The notes beneath the pieces were generated by a model. It did not search any database and had not been told where the DNA came from. It was given only the letters and a program-made list of their open reading frames with translations. This document shows, piece by piece, positions 16,484 through 24,546 of a stretch of 29,113 nucleotides of DNA. The stretch lies in assembly GCA_017440425.1 (NCBI GenBank), contig JAFSHJ010000072.1:1-29113 (forward strand), read 5' to 3'. Position numbers and translations under genes: made by a program. Each line of letters starts with the position of its first letter. Within the stretch, counting starts at the first letter, position 1. The DNA is from Oscillospiraceae bacterium. Lineage in GTDB: Bacteria > Bacillota > Clostridia > Oscillospirales > Ruminococcaceae.

Positions 16484-17775
16484 CCCCAACAACAGGACGT
16501 GATAATTTGATCAACACCGATAACCGCTGCAATATGTGCGGAAAAGCGCTGCCCGAGGGCGCGGCCTTCTGTCCCCACTGTGCAGGCAGCCAAATTAAAA
16601 AAAGCTCTGCCCGTACGGCAAAGCCCTGGCGAAAGAAGCTGCTGATTTGTTTTGCGGTTGTTTTTGTTCTGGCTTTGGCGGCCTTTGGGCTTTATAAAAA
16701 ATTCGGTCCCCAAACCTATGAGGGCGGCGCATCCGTCCTCTATACCGACGAAAACGGTGAACAATACAATGTATACTTAAAATTTTTCGGTGAGGGACAA
16801 TACGACAAATTCACCCCCGATGAAGACTACTTCTTCCAGATGACCTGCGAAGAGATATCTTCCGCACCCTCCCGTATTTACGTTGCCTACAACGACAGCT
16901 TTGACGTCCGTGAAAAGTTCCGCGCTCAGGTGAAGGATATCACGGTGGAATCCGTTCCGACAGATGGCGGCGAGGCGCTGGTCTGCGAGATCGTTGAGGA
17001 GACCGCACTTGCATCCAATGCGCTGATATCTGCCGAGTATCTTTACACATACAAAAACAAGACCAACGATATCCGCTGGACTGTCACCATGAACAACGGC
17101 GACAAAATAATCCTCACCCACACCGTGACCATGGAAGAGGTGCCGCTGGTGCACATCTATCCCGAAGACTACCCCATGAACACCATTAAAGAGCTTCGTG
17201 CGCTTTTCGACAAGCTGGAAACGGAATATCCGCCCAACACCTCCATCGCCATCCATCTGCCTGCAGTCACATATGACGGAGGCTTCATCTACGACACAAG
17301 GGCCTACAACCTTTTCGGAAGCAGAGATGGAGATGCCGTCACCACCTTCACGGGAAACGTGACTGTCTCCAACCGCAACCCCACACTTGCTTTTTTCGAC
17401 GGCATCTGTTTTAAAGGAGACGGCGCAGAAAGCATCGGTCTCACAATGACCACGGCAGCGGTGATAGACAACTGCATTTTTGAAGACCACGCCATCGGTC
17501 TAAACGTGACAGACGGCGGCTGGGCAATTGTTGAGGGCTGCGAATTTTTGCAAAACGGCATCGGCATTAATTTAAACAACCCCGGCATTTCAAGCGCTTC
17601 CTCCAACTCCTTTGCCTATTGCAGCTTTGAGAAAAACGGCACCGCAATCTCCTTTAAACAACTGCCCTTTACCGACAACTTTATTTTTACCGAAACAAAA
17701 TTCATCGGCAACGATACCGATATCATCAATTACACCGATTGCACCCTGGATCTCTCCGGCGCCACCTTTAAATGA
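16480..17775 (+). CDS. Zinc-ribbon / single TM / extracellular domain with C-terminal right-handed beta-helix-like repeats (paralog 1)
   Basis: CNMCG...FCPHC, basic patch, hydrophobic helix LLICFAVVFVLALAAFGLY, C-terminal repeats (IDNCIFEDHAIGLNV, VEGCEFLQNGIGINL, AYCSFEKNGTAI). True start may be TTG 16507 after AGGA. Confidence 0.75.
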   Translation: MTPTTGRDNLINTDNRCNMCGKALPEGAAFCPHCAGSQIKKSSARTAKPWRKKLLICFAVVFVLALAAFGLYKKFGPQTYEGGASVLYTDENGEQYNVYLKFFGEGQYDKFTPDEDYFFQMTCEEISSAPSRIYVAYNDSFDVREKFRAQVKDITVESVPTDGGEALVCEIVEETALASNALISAEYLYTYKNKTNDIRWTVTMNNGDKIILTHTVTMEEVPLVHIYPEDYPMNTIKELRALFDKLETEYPPNTSIAIHLPAVTYDGGFIYDTRAYNLFGSRDGDAVTTFTGNVTVSNRNPTLAFFDGICFKGDGAESIGLTMTTAAVIDNCIFEDHAIGLNVTDGGWAIVEGCEFLQNGIGINLNNPGISSASSNSFAYCSFEKNGTAISFKQLPFTDNFIFTETKFIGNDTDIINYTDCTLDLSGATFK

Positions 17776-17803
17776 CGACCAAAACACGAAAGGACGGAAT
17801 TTG

Positions 17804-19045
17804 ATGAGCAAAAAATGCATTTCCTGCGGCACTCAAATTGACGATTCCTCCTCTTTCTGCCTGCATTGCGGCACATCGCAAATTCAGAAAAATGCCGCCA
17901 CGCTGCCCAAAATTTGGCGGCGCAAAACCCTTATTGCAATTTCTGCAGCGGTTTTGGTGCTGCTTTCGGTGCTTTTGGCATCGTTTATCCACATCCCCAA
18001 AACCTATTCCGACGAGGGCAACCTCTCCTACAGCTTAAAGAACAAAGAATACATTCTTGTCTTACGCCCCGACAAGGCGGACGACGAGGCTGTTCCTTCC
18101 CCCATAAAGCAGCTCAATTATTCCGTTGCCAAAAACGGCTCCACCCAAACCATCACCCTCAATCTGTTTGTCTACCGCAACGGTCAGCTGCTCTCCCCCG
18201 ATGAGTTTCTCTCCAAGGTGAAAAACATCTCTTTTGAGGCTATCCCCGTGGACGGCGGACAGACCGTAAAGCTCTTTGATGCCGAAAACCACCTTCAGGC
18301 ATCTCCCCTTGCATTGATAAGCTGCCGTGTAAAATTCAGCGCCGAAAGCCAGACCAACAAGCTGCTCTTTACAGTAAAAATGAAAAACGGCGACACTTTG
18401 GAGATATCCCAGCGTTTGGTGGCGCGCCCCATGGCCGTTCTCAACTACTATCCCGATTCAACCCCGCTTGCAACGGTGGGTGACATTGAAAAGCTTTTGG
18501 AATCCCTTGAGCAATACAACTCTGGGGACACCTCCATCAACCTGCATCTGCCTCCCGTAACCTATAACAGACCTCTCACCCTTCCATTTGGCAACATTCA
18601 TTTGTACGGCAGCTCCGACGGCGAAAACACCACCACCTTCACCAAAACCTTAACATTTTCCGAAAACATACGCCACAAGGTCACCGTCAACGATATCACC
18701 TTTGCCAACAGCGAAGGGGCAGGCATCCATGCGCTGGCATATGGCAATGCACGCGGATGCACCTTCACCGGATGCAGCATCGGCATCTCCTTTTGCGACC
18801 GCGGCTGGGTTGCGTTTGAAAACTGCACCTTTGCAAACAACGATATCGGTGTGCTTTTCAATTCCGAAAACGCCACGCAATATTCCGTAAATTTTCAGGG
18901 TAACCAATTCATCGGCAATTTGGTTGGTGTTGAGCTCCGTGCTATCCCCTTCACCTCTCCGCTTAATTTCACCGGCAGCGTTTTCCGGCACAACCGCACC
19001 AATGTGGAAAACCTCACCGGCAACCCCGTCAACATACCCGATTGA
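17804..19045 (+). CDS. Zinc-ribbon / single TM / extracellular beta-helix-like protein (paralog 2)
   Basis: MSKKCISCG...FCLHCG, TM LIAISAAVLVLLSVLLASFI, repeats RGCTFTGCSIGI and ENCTFANNDIGV. Start at TTG 17801 or ATG 17804 after AAAGGA; the track's 17612 start overlaps paralog 1. Confidence 0.75.
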   Translation: MSKKCISCGTQIDDSSSFCLHCGTSQIQKNAATLPKIWRRKTLIAISAAVLVLLSVLLASFIHIPKTYSDEGNLSYSLKNKEYILVLRPDKADDEAVPSPIKQLNYSVAKNGSTQTITLNLFVYRNGQLLSPDEFLSKVKNISFEAIPVDGGQTVKLFDAENHLQASPLALISCRVKFSAESQTNKLLFTVKMKNGDTLEISQRLVARPMAVLNYYPDSTPLATVGDIEKLLESLEQYNSGDTSINLHLPPVTYNRPLTLPFGNIHLYGSSDGENTTTFTKTLTFSENIRHKVTVNDITFANSEGAGIHALAYGNARGCTFTGCSIGISFCDRGWVAFENCTFANNDIGVLFNSENATQYSVNFQGNQFIGNLVGVELRAIPFTSPLNFTGSVFRHNRTNVENLTGNPVNIPD

Positions 19046-19103
19046 CGGTTTGAATATCTCCCTCTTTTATTCGGTTAATTCCCTTTTATTTCCACTTTAG
19101 TTA

Positions 19104-19132
19104 TTGACACCGTGAAAGCATAATGTTATAAT
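19104..19132 (+). promoter_or_regulatory. Consensus sigma-A promoter
   Basis: TTGACA-17 nt-TATAAT with TG extension; GGAGG RBS at 19165-19169. Confidence 0.85.
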
Positions 19133-19176
19133 TCTAATATATACCTGCACACATTAACTATAATGGAGGATTACTT

Positions 19177-19773
19177 ATGAAAATCTGTCCCAACTGCAAT
19201 ACCAAACTCAATGATGAGAACATGTTCTGCACAAACTGCGGCGCAAACTGCAAAGAGGTTGAAATTCTCTCCGATGTAACAGAAAACGTATCCGTTGTTG
19301 AGGAAGCTCCCGTTGTTGAGGAAGCTCCCGTTGTTGAAGAGGCTCCCGTTGTTGAAGAGGCTCCCGTTGTTGAAGAAGCTCCCGTTGTTGAAGAAGCTCC
19401 CGTTGTTGAAGCTCCCGTTGTTGAAGCTCCCGTTGTTGAAGCTCCCGCTGCTGAAGCTCCCGCTGAAGATCCCGGCAAGACCCTCGGTCTCGTAGCTATG
19501 ATCCTCGGTATCGCATCCCTTGTTCTCTGCGTGGCTTGCTCCTGCTTCGGTCTCGGACTTTTCTCCGGCATCCCCGCAATCGCAGGCGTTATCTGCGGAT
19601 TCCTCGCCAACAAGAAATCCAAAGAAGTTGGCATCAAGAACAAAAAGGCATCCATCGGTCTCATTCTCTCCATCGTTGCCATTGTTCTCACCGTCGTATT
19701 CTATGTTGGACTTCTCCTTCTCGGCGGCGCAGCAGCTCTGTTCTCCGGTCTTGACAGCGGCTACTATTATTGA
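19177..19773 (+). CDS. Zinc-ribbon protein with acidic VVEEAP repeat linker and two C-terminal TM helices (DUF4190-like)
   Basis: MKICPNC...FCTNCG, repeat linker, [16 protein letters not shown]...GVICGFLA...[14 protein letters not shown]. Confidence 0.75.
   Translation: MKICPNCNTKLNDENMFCTNCGANCKEVEILSDVTENVSVVEEAPVVEEAPVVEEAPVVEEAPVVEEAPVVEEAPVVEAPVVEAPVVEAPAAEAPAEDPGKTLGLVAMILGIASLVLCVACSCFGLGLFSGIPAIAGVICGFLANKKSKEVGIKNKKASIGLILSIVAIVLTVVFYVGLLLLGGAAALFSGLDSGYYY
19294..19473 (+). repeat. Coding tandem repeat: 6 x 18 bp (VVEEAP), 3 x 15 bp (VVEAP), then degenerate AAEAP and AEDP
   Basis: GTTGTTGAGGAAGCTCCC x2, GTTGTTGAAGAGGCTCCC x2, GTTGTTGAAGAAGCTCCC x2, GTTGTTGAAGCTCCC x3. Confidence 0.97.
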
Positions 19774-19792
19774 TTTTTAACCTGAACTGACG

Positions 19793-19838
19793 AGCACCCG
19801 AAAACGCCAAGACTTTTGGATGTTTTCGGGTGCTTTTT
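19793..19838 (+). terminator. Intrinsic terminator between the repeat gene and the DUF2752 gene
   Basis: 13-bp stem AGCACCCGAAAAC / GTTTTCGGGTGCT followed by TTTT. Confidence 0.75.
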
Positions 19839-19849
19839 ACAACACGATC

Positions 19850-20260
19850 ATGTTTGCTTTTTTTAAAAAATTTTCACCAAAAACCGTTTTGGTGGTGTGT
19901 GACCTACTGCTCATTCCCGCACTTATAGCCTGCGAGCGGTTGAGCGACCGTATGCTCGCAAAAAATGCCACCTGCCCCTGGAATTTTTTTGGCGGAAAAT
20001 GCATCACCTGCGGCGGCACACACTTTGTCAACTCTGTTTTGAATTTTAAATTTGCAGAAGCTTTCGGGCACAATCAATATCTTTTTGTGCTTGCTGTGTT
20101 TTTTGCGCTCTCTTTTCTGCTTTTGAATCTGCACAAGCTTTTCGGCATACAGTTCGCCAAAAGGGTGCTGCGGAAGATGTATAACATCCCCATGCTTATT
20201 GCGGGCTGCGTTTTGATGGTGCTTTTTGTCATTCTCCGCAACCTGCCGCTGTTTTTCTAA
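19850..20260 (+). CDS. DUF2752-like membrane protein
   Basis: TCPWNFFGGKCITCGGTHFVNSVLNFKFAEAFGHN resembles the DUF2752 CP...CPGCG.TR...A...N motif, flanked by TM helices. Start moved to ATG 19850 because 19820 lies inside the terminator stem. Confidence 0.65.
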   Translation: MFAFFKKFSPKTVLVVCDLLLIPALIACERLSDRMLAKNATCPWNFFGGKCITCGGTHFVNSVLNFKFAEAFGHNQYLFVLAVFFALSFLLLNLHKLFGIQFAKRVLRKMYNIPMLIAGCVLMVLFVILRNLPLFF

Positions 20261-20290
20261 ATGGAACATATATCGAATAACACTATATTC

Positions 20291-20332
20291 AAACCCCGCA
20301 TCTTGTGCAATGGCAAGGTGCGGGGTTATTTT
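20291..20332. terminator. Bidirectional terminator between convergent DUF2752 and YihY genes
   Basis: Stem AACCCCGCATCTTG / CAAGGTGCGGGGTT with A/T-rich flanks on both sides. Confidence 0.7.
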
Positions 20333-20352
20333 ATTGAAATCAGTTTTTTGTT

Positions 20353-21273
20353 TTAACGCTGCTCTGCCGGCTGCATTTTTTTGTGTTCTGAAACTTTTGT
20401 CATCTCTGCCCTCACGGCAATCAACGACGCGTTGAATTCTGCACCTAAAATGAGCAAAAAAGATGTCATATAGAGCCACACCAGCATGACAATAACTGTT
20501 CCCAGTGCTCCGTATATCACGGAATACTTTCCGAAATTTTCCACATACAGCGAAAAGCCAATGCTTATGATTATCCACGCCACCAATGAGAGGACAACAC
20601 CCGGCATAATGGATTTAACCGTGCATCGCTTATCCTGTGCAAATGTATAAAGCATAGCAATGGCGGAAAACATCAAAATGCTCAACAGGGCAAACCTCAG
20701 ATATTGCCAAAGGTTCAATGCGGCATCGGAAACCTGCAAAATCTGCTCTATTCCTAACCATTGAGCTGCACCCAAAATAAACTTTCTGCCAAAAACAGAC
20801 AAAATCAATGTCAACGCGATGACAACAAGAAAGATTACGGTCAAAAGCAGCTGTCTTAGGGCATAGACAATTGGTTTTTGTGGTCTGTCAAGGTTATATG
20901 CACGGCGGATATCCTCCATAAGGCTTCGGACTGCACGCAGAGGAAACCAGACACAGAAACCAAGCGAAAACCAAAACAACACTGTGCTGGAGGTGTTGCT
21001 CACATGGCTCAGATAAGCCTCCAGAAGATACACTACTTCGCTCGGCACAATCGGGCGTAGTGTTTCAGATATGTACGTTATATTCAGGTCCAGCAGACCC
21101 AGAAGATTGCTGACAAATATCATCAACGGAAACATGGCAAACACCAGATAATATGTCAATGCCGCGGCACCTTTTCCAACGCCGTGCTCTGCCGTATTTA
21201 TCGCCGTCCTGCGAATTGACCTTCTCAGCAATCCTTTTTTTAGCTGTTTCACCTGTGCCACCTCATTCACCAC
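20353..21273 (-). CDS. YihY/BrkB-family multi-pass membrane protein
   Basis: AAALTYYLVFAMFPLMI, PGVVLSLVAW, FSLYVENFGKYSVIYGALGTVIVMLVWLYMTSFLLILGAEFNA. Confidence 0.9.
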   Translation of the reverse strand: MVNEVAQVKQLKKGLLRRSIRRTAINTAEHGVGKGAAALTYYLVFAMFPLMIFVSNLLGLLDLNITYISETLRPIVPSEVVYLLEAYLSHVSNTSSTVLFWFSLGFCVWFPLRAVRSLMEDIRRAYNLDRPQKPIVYALRQLLLTVIFLVVIALTLILSVFGRKFILGAAQWLGIEQILQVSDAALNLWQYLRFALLSILMFSAIAMLYTFAQDKRCTVKSIMPGVVLSLVAWIIISIGFSLYVENFGKYSVIYGALGTVIVMLVWLYMTSFLLILGAEFNASLIAVRAEMTKVSEHKKMQPAEQR

Positions 21274-21306
21274 CCTCCAACAGTTGTCTTATAAAATTAT
21301 TTTAAA

Positions 21307-22179
21307 CTATCTTCCCTGTTTATTCAAGCCATATACCGCTCTGTATTCAGTTACATCTTGAATTGTTTCTCCGTCTATCTGCAGTGGTGTGGGTCTGTCA
21401 AATTCCACTCTGATATTCCGACCTGTGTGAACCGCCAACAACTTCTTTTTCTTCACATGGGTCCCCTTGAATAACTTTGGAAACACACATAGTGTGCGTA
21501 GTCTGCCTGCGCCGTGAAACACCACCAAGGAGAGTTTTTTCTCTTTATTCTCTCTGTTTTGATCCGGCGCCGCCATCATTCCGCCGCCATAATATCTTCC
21601 TAACATAGTCGGTGCAATCCACACCTTTTTATATGTATATTCTCTGCCGTCAACCGTGACTTTGGCGTTTCTCGGTTTAAAATGGAACAGCAGCCCCTTA
21701 ACCGCAACGGATGCATAATTGACCTTTTTTCTCTGCTTTTCTTTCAGCTTATCCCCCACCTGACAGCAATATCCGTCAATGCCAAAGCCTACGCCATTGA
21801 TAAAGTGGTATGTTTTTCCTTTTACTGTTACACTTGGCAGCTCTTTGAGATATTGTGTAACCGGGAAAGGATAGTTAAATACATTCTTCCCCACATCTCT
21901 TGCAAAATCGTTTCCGCTGCCTGTTGGAAAATAGTATATCTCCTGCTCTATACCGATGCCCGCAGTATCGTTGACAAAGCGATTAAGAGTTCCGTCCCCG
22001 CCCGCTATCACAAGATAGTCCTCTTTATCCATGCTGCCGATAAATGCGGCATAGTTTGTGATGTGGGTCATATCAAAATATTCCTGCTCATCGTCCATAA
22101 CTATCTCCAGCAGCCTTACATTTTCTTCGTTTTGGCCTTCTCCTGCCAGAGGATTATAAATAATATATGCTTTTGGCAT
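21307..22179 (-). CDS. Diacylglycerol kinase family lipid kinase (DgkB/YegS-like)
   Basis: IYNPLAG, AGGDGTLN, PTGSGNDFAR, FINGVGFGID, LQIDGE. Confidence 0.88.
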   Translation of the reverse strand: MPKAYIIYNPLAGEGQNEENVRLLEIVMDDEQEYFDMTHITNYAAFIGSMDKEDYLVIAGGDGTLNRFVNDTAGIGIEQEIYYFPTGSGNDFARDVGKNVFNYPFPVTQYLKELPSVTVKGKTYHFINGVGFGIDGYCCQVGDKLKEKQRKKVNYASVAVKGLLFHFKPRNAKVTVDGREYTYKKVWIAPTMLGRYYGGGMMAAPDQNRENKEKKLSLVVFHGAGRLRTLCVFPKLFKGTHVKKKKLLAVHTGRNIRVEFDRPTPLQIDGETIQDVTEYRAVYGLNKQGR

Positions 22180-22200
22180 TACACATCTCTCTTTTCCACA

Positions 22201-23334
22201 TTATTTACAACACTCTGCGCTCAAGCACCCATTACACATTATCTCGCAGATTTGCTCTGCTGCGTTTTTGTTTGGCAGCGCCTCCAACGCACTTTTCATC
22301 AGCGCAAGTTGTTTTTTATCACGCAGCAAATTCAGGCACAGCTGCGCCAAAGCTTCCGCACTCTCTGCTGTCACCGCACCGCCAATGTTGACAAAATAGT
22401 TCAGGTTATATTCTTCACAACCCGCTACCGCATCCACAAACACCATCGGCAACCGTTTTGCTGCCGCTTCCGTTGTGCTCAATCCGCCCGGCTTGGTCAG
22501 GTAAAGCTCTGCGCTGTCCATCATCACACCAATATTATCAACAAAGCCGTGAAGGTGGATGTTTGGTACATCTCCGAATGCTTCCTTTAGATTTTCAAGC
22601 AGTTTTTTGTTTGTGCCGCACACAATGGAAACCTCTATGGTGTCATCCATTCCTTTGCTCAGCAGTTTTGTCAGCTTTTCAATGGGACCACACCCCATGC
22701 TTCCACACATAATCATCAGATGACTATGCCCTGTGTGGATTCCCTGCATTTTTTTGGCTTCTGCCCGGTTGCCACACTTGTAAAACTCCTTTTTCACCGG
22801 TATTCCTACAGAGAATATCTTTTCTTCAGCCACACCCTGAGCAACAAATGTCTCCTTCAAGCTGTCATCCGGAATAAAACAGTAGTCCACTTCACTTGCG
22901 GCAACCCCCGGACTGCAGGTGTAATCTGTGGCAACAAAAGCCGTTTTCAGTTCAAGATGATATTCCAACACAGTCTGCCTGAGCAAAAAACCCGCAAAAA
23001 CATGGGCACATATGACAGTATCGTAATCGCCCTGCTCTATATAGTTATACAGCTGCTTAGTGCCGTCGCTCAACAGCTTATAGACAGCTGTGTCATCCCC
23101 CAGCACCGCAGGATGTTTTTCCGCAAAGCCATAGCCCGCACGGAAAAGCCCCGGAATATGGCGATACATCGTAGTGTGTCCCCATGACACAAATTTGGAC
23201 AGTTTATCTGACACAAATCCCAGCGAATCCGCAATATCACAGGTGTGTCCCCGCTCTTCAAAAGCCACCTTTATTGCATCAGCGCAGGAATTATGACCTC
23301 CGCCTGTGTTACAGCTTAATATCAAAGCTTTCAT
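22201..23334 (-). CDS. GT28 diacylglycerol glycosyltransferase (UgtP/MGDG synthase family)
   Basis: LSCNTGGGHNSCA, VATDY, SVGIPV, MCGSMG, TKPGGLSTTEA, GCEEYN. Confidence 0.88.
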   Translation of the reverse strand: MKALILSCNTGGGHNSCADAIKVAFEERGHTCDIADSLGFVSDKLSKFVSWGHTTMYRHIPGLFRAGYGFAEKHPAVLGDDTAVYKLLSDGTKQLYNYIEQGDYDTVICAHVFAGFLLRQTVLEYHLELKTAFVATDYTCSPGVAASEVDYCFIPDDSLKETFVAQGVAEEKIFSVGIPVKKEFYKCGNRAEAKKMQGIHTGHSHLMIMCGSMGCGPIEKLTKLLSKGMDDTIEVSIVCGTNKKLLENLKEAFGDVPNIHLHGFVDNIGVMMDSAELYLTKPGGLSTTEAAAKRLPMVFVDAVAGCEEYNLNYFVNIGGAVTAESAEALAQLCLNLLRDKKQLALMKSALEALPNKNAAEQICEIMCNGCLSAECCK

Positions 23335-23807
23335 ATATCTCCTTCTTTCTTCACCGACAGCTGCCGCTGTAAACGAATTAACCGAGGTCTGTTATACCTT
23401 TGAATCAGTATATACGGCAGATTTAAAAACAAGATGTTGATGACTGCTACAGTTATTCCTCCCATGCCTGGCCAAATACACACACAGTAACCCCCAAAGA
23501 TGCTGATGGCAATGTGTATAACCTCTGCCACACAGGTCTCATCAATCATAACCTGCAACCGCTCTTTGTAATTTCCCTTCAGGTTTTTGGCAGGCATCCA
23601 GAAAGGCAGAATACGGCTCATATCCAACACCTTGTTCTGCCATCTGCGGATTTTCAATTTCCCGTATATTTTACCGTCTTTTTCAAAACTAAAACTGCTA
23701 AACAACCCTTTTTGCGGATTCAGCCATTGTCTTGGTATAATTCTGCCTGCAAAAAAACCAATTATCCCTGTAATTGACAAATATATTGCACATTTCAGTA
23801 GCTTCAT
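23331..23807 (-). CDS. CrtO-like (glycosyl-4,4'-diaponeurosporenoate acyltransferase family) membrane protein
   Basis: GKIYGKLKIRRWQNKV, ETCVAEVIH, NLPYILIQRYNRPRL resemble the CrtO family signature. 4-nt overlap with the glycosyltransferase gene. Confidence 0.72.
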   Translation of the reverse strand: MKLLKCAIYLSITGIIGFFAGRIIPRQWLNPQKGLFSSFSFEKDGKIYGKLKIRRWQNKVLDMSRILPFWMPAKNLKGNYKERLQVMIDETCVAEVIHIAISIFGGYCVCIWPGMGGITVAVINILFLNLPYILIQRYNRPRLIRLQRQLSVKKEGDI

Positions 23808-23823
23808 TTGTCTCTCTCCAAAA

Positions 23824-24546
23824 TCAGTTGGTGACTTTTGTGTTTCTGTTATCTCTGATCAGGCTATGTCTTCCCCTGTTCAAAAGCAATATTATGCAGG
23901 TTATCAGCGCACCGAGGCTTTCCATCATCATATCCAACATACTGTCTATCAGTCCGATGTCGATGTAACCATTTACCGGCAGCGGTATGCCGTCCACAGT
24001 CACCGACTGAATGTTTTCCAGACTTCCTCTCACACCAATTCCCTCATCCAGCAGATAGGATGTGATTCCGTTTATTACCGTATCGTCCTGCATATCCATT
24101 CCAAGGAATTGGTCGGCACCAAACTCTGCAAACTCCCAAAATGCGGCAATTGTCACAGAAAAGCACAGCGCAAAAACAGCAGTTGCAAAAAAACTATTTT
24201 TTTGTTTCACCATTAGCTCAAAAAAGTATGCCCCAACAATGGCAAACATCACCCCTCCGCAGATGTGCAGCAGCTTATCCCACCAACTAATGGTGTAATA
24301 GAAATTCCAGCACTGTCCCATCATTGGCCCCACGGCATACAGCAGCGCAAAAACATAAAACGGTAGGGAAAGCTTACATTTGAAGATGCGCTCCATTACT
24401 TCAGGCAGAAGCACTATCAGCAGCGTTGCAAAGGCAAGCGGAAGTCGCTCATACCGCTTTGCTGCAAAAAGGAATATCACCGTGCCCACTGCAAGCAGCT
24501 CACCCAAAACAATACCTGTGTATCTTATTATTTTATACTCTTTCAT
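23824..24546 (-). CDS. Multi-pass membrane protein, DUF2238/YjdF-like
   Basis: Several TM helices with polar motifs WWDKLLH..GG, FWEFAEF and DSMLDM. Confidence 0.55.
   Translation of the reverse strand: MKEYKIIRYTGIVLGELLAVGTVIFLFAAKRYERLPLAFATLLIVLLPEVMERIFKCKLSLPFYVFALLYAVGPMMGQCWNFYYTISWWDKLLHICGGVMFAIVGAYFFELMVKQKNSFFATAVFALCFSVTIAAFWEFAEFGADQFLGMDMQDDTVINGITSYLLDEGIGVRGSLENIQSVTVDGIPLPVNGYIDIGLIDSMLDMMMESLGALITCIILLLNRGRHSLIRDNRNTKVTN

Noticed and set aside
17612-17803. Extended N-termini in the ORF track (17612, 9476, 5970, 15096, 19820, 28960)
   Set aside because: These overlap neighbouring genes, terminators or promoters, or sit too close to the RBS. Downstream starts fit family N-termini better and, except 19850, have a well-spaced RBS.
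19294-19473. Possible CRISPR array
   Set aside because: The units are contiguous with no spacers, are in frame within a CDS, and there are no cas genes.
19751-19779. TTGACA inside the end of the repeat gene as a promoter for DUF2752
   Set aside because: No acceptable -10 at 16-18 nt, and any transcript would meet the terminator immediately.
19878-19888. TTTTGGTGG match to the tRNA 3' end as a possible att site
   Set aside because: Only about 9 nt, AT-rich, inside a CDS, with no integrase; expected by chance.
23331-23807. Staphyloxanthin-type carotenoid cluster
   Set aside because: No dehydrosqualene synthase, desaturase or GT2 CrtQ-like gene in the window.
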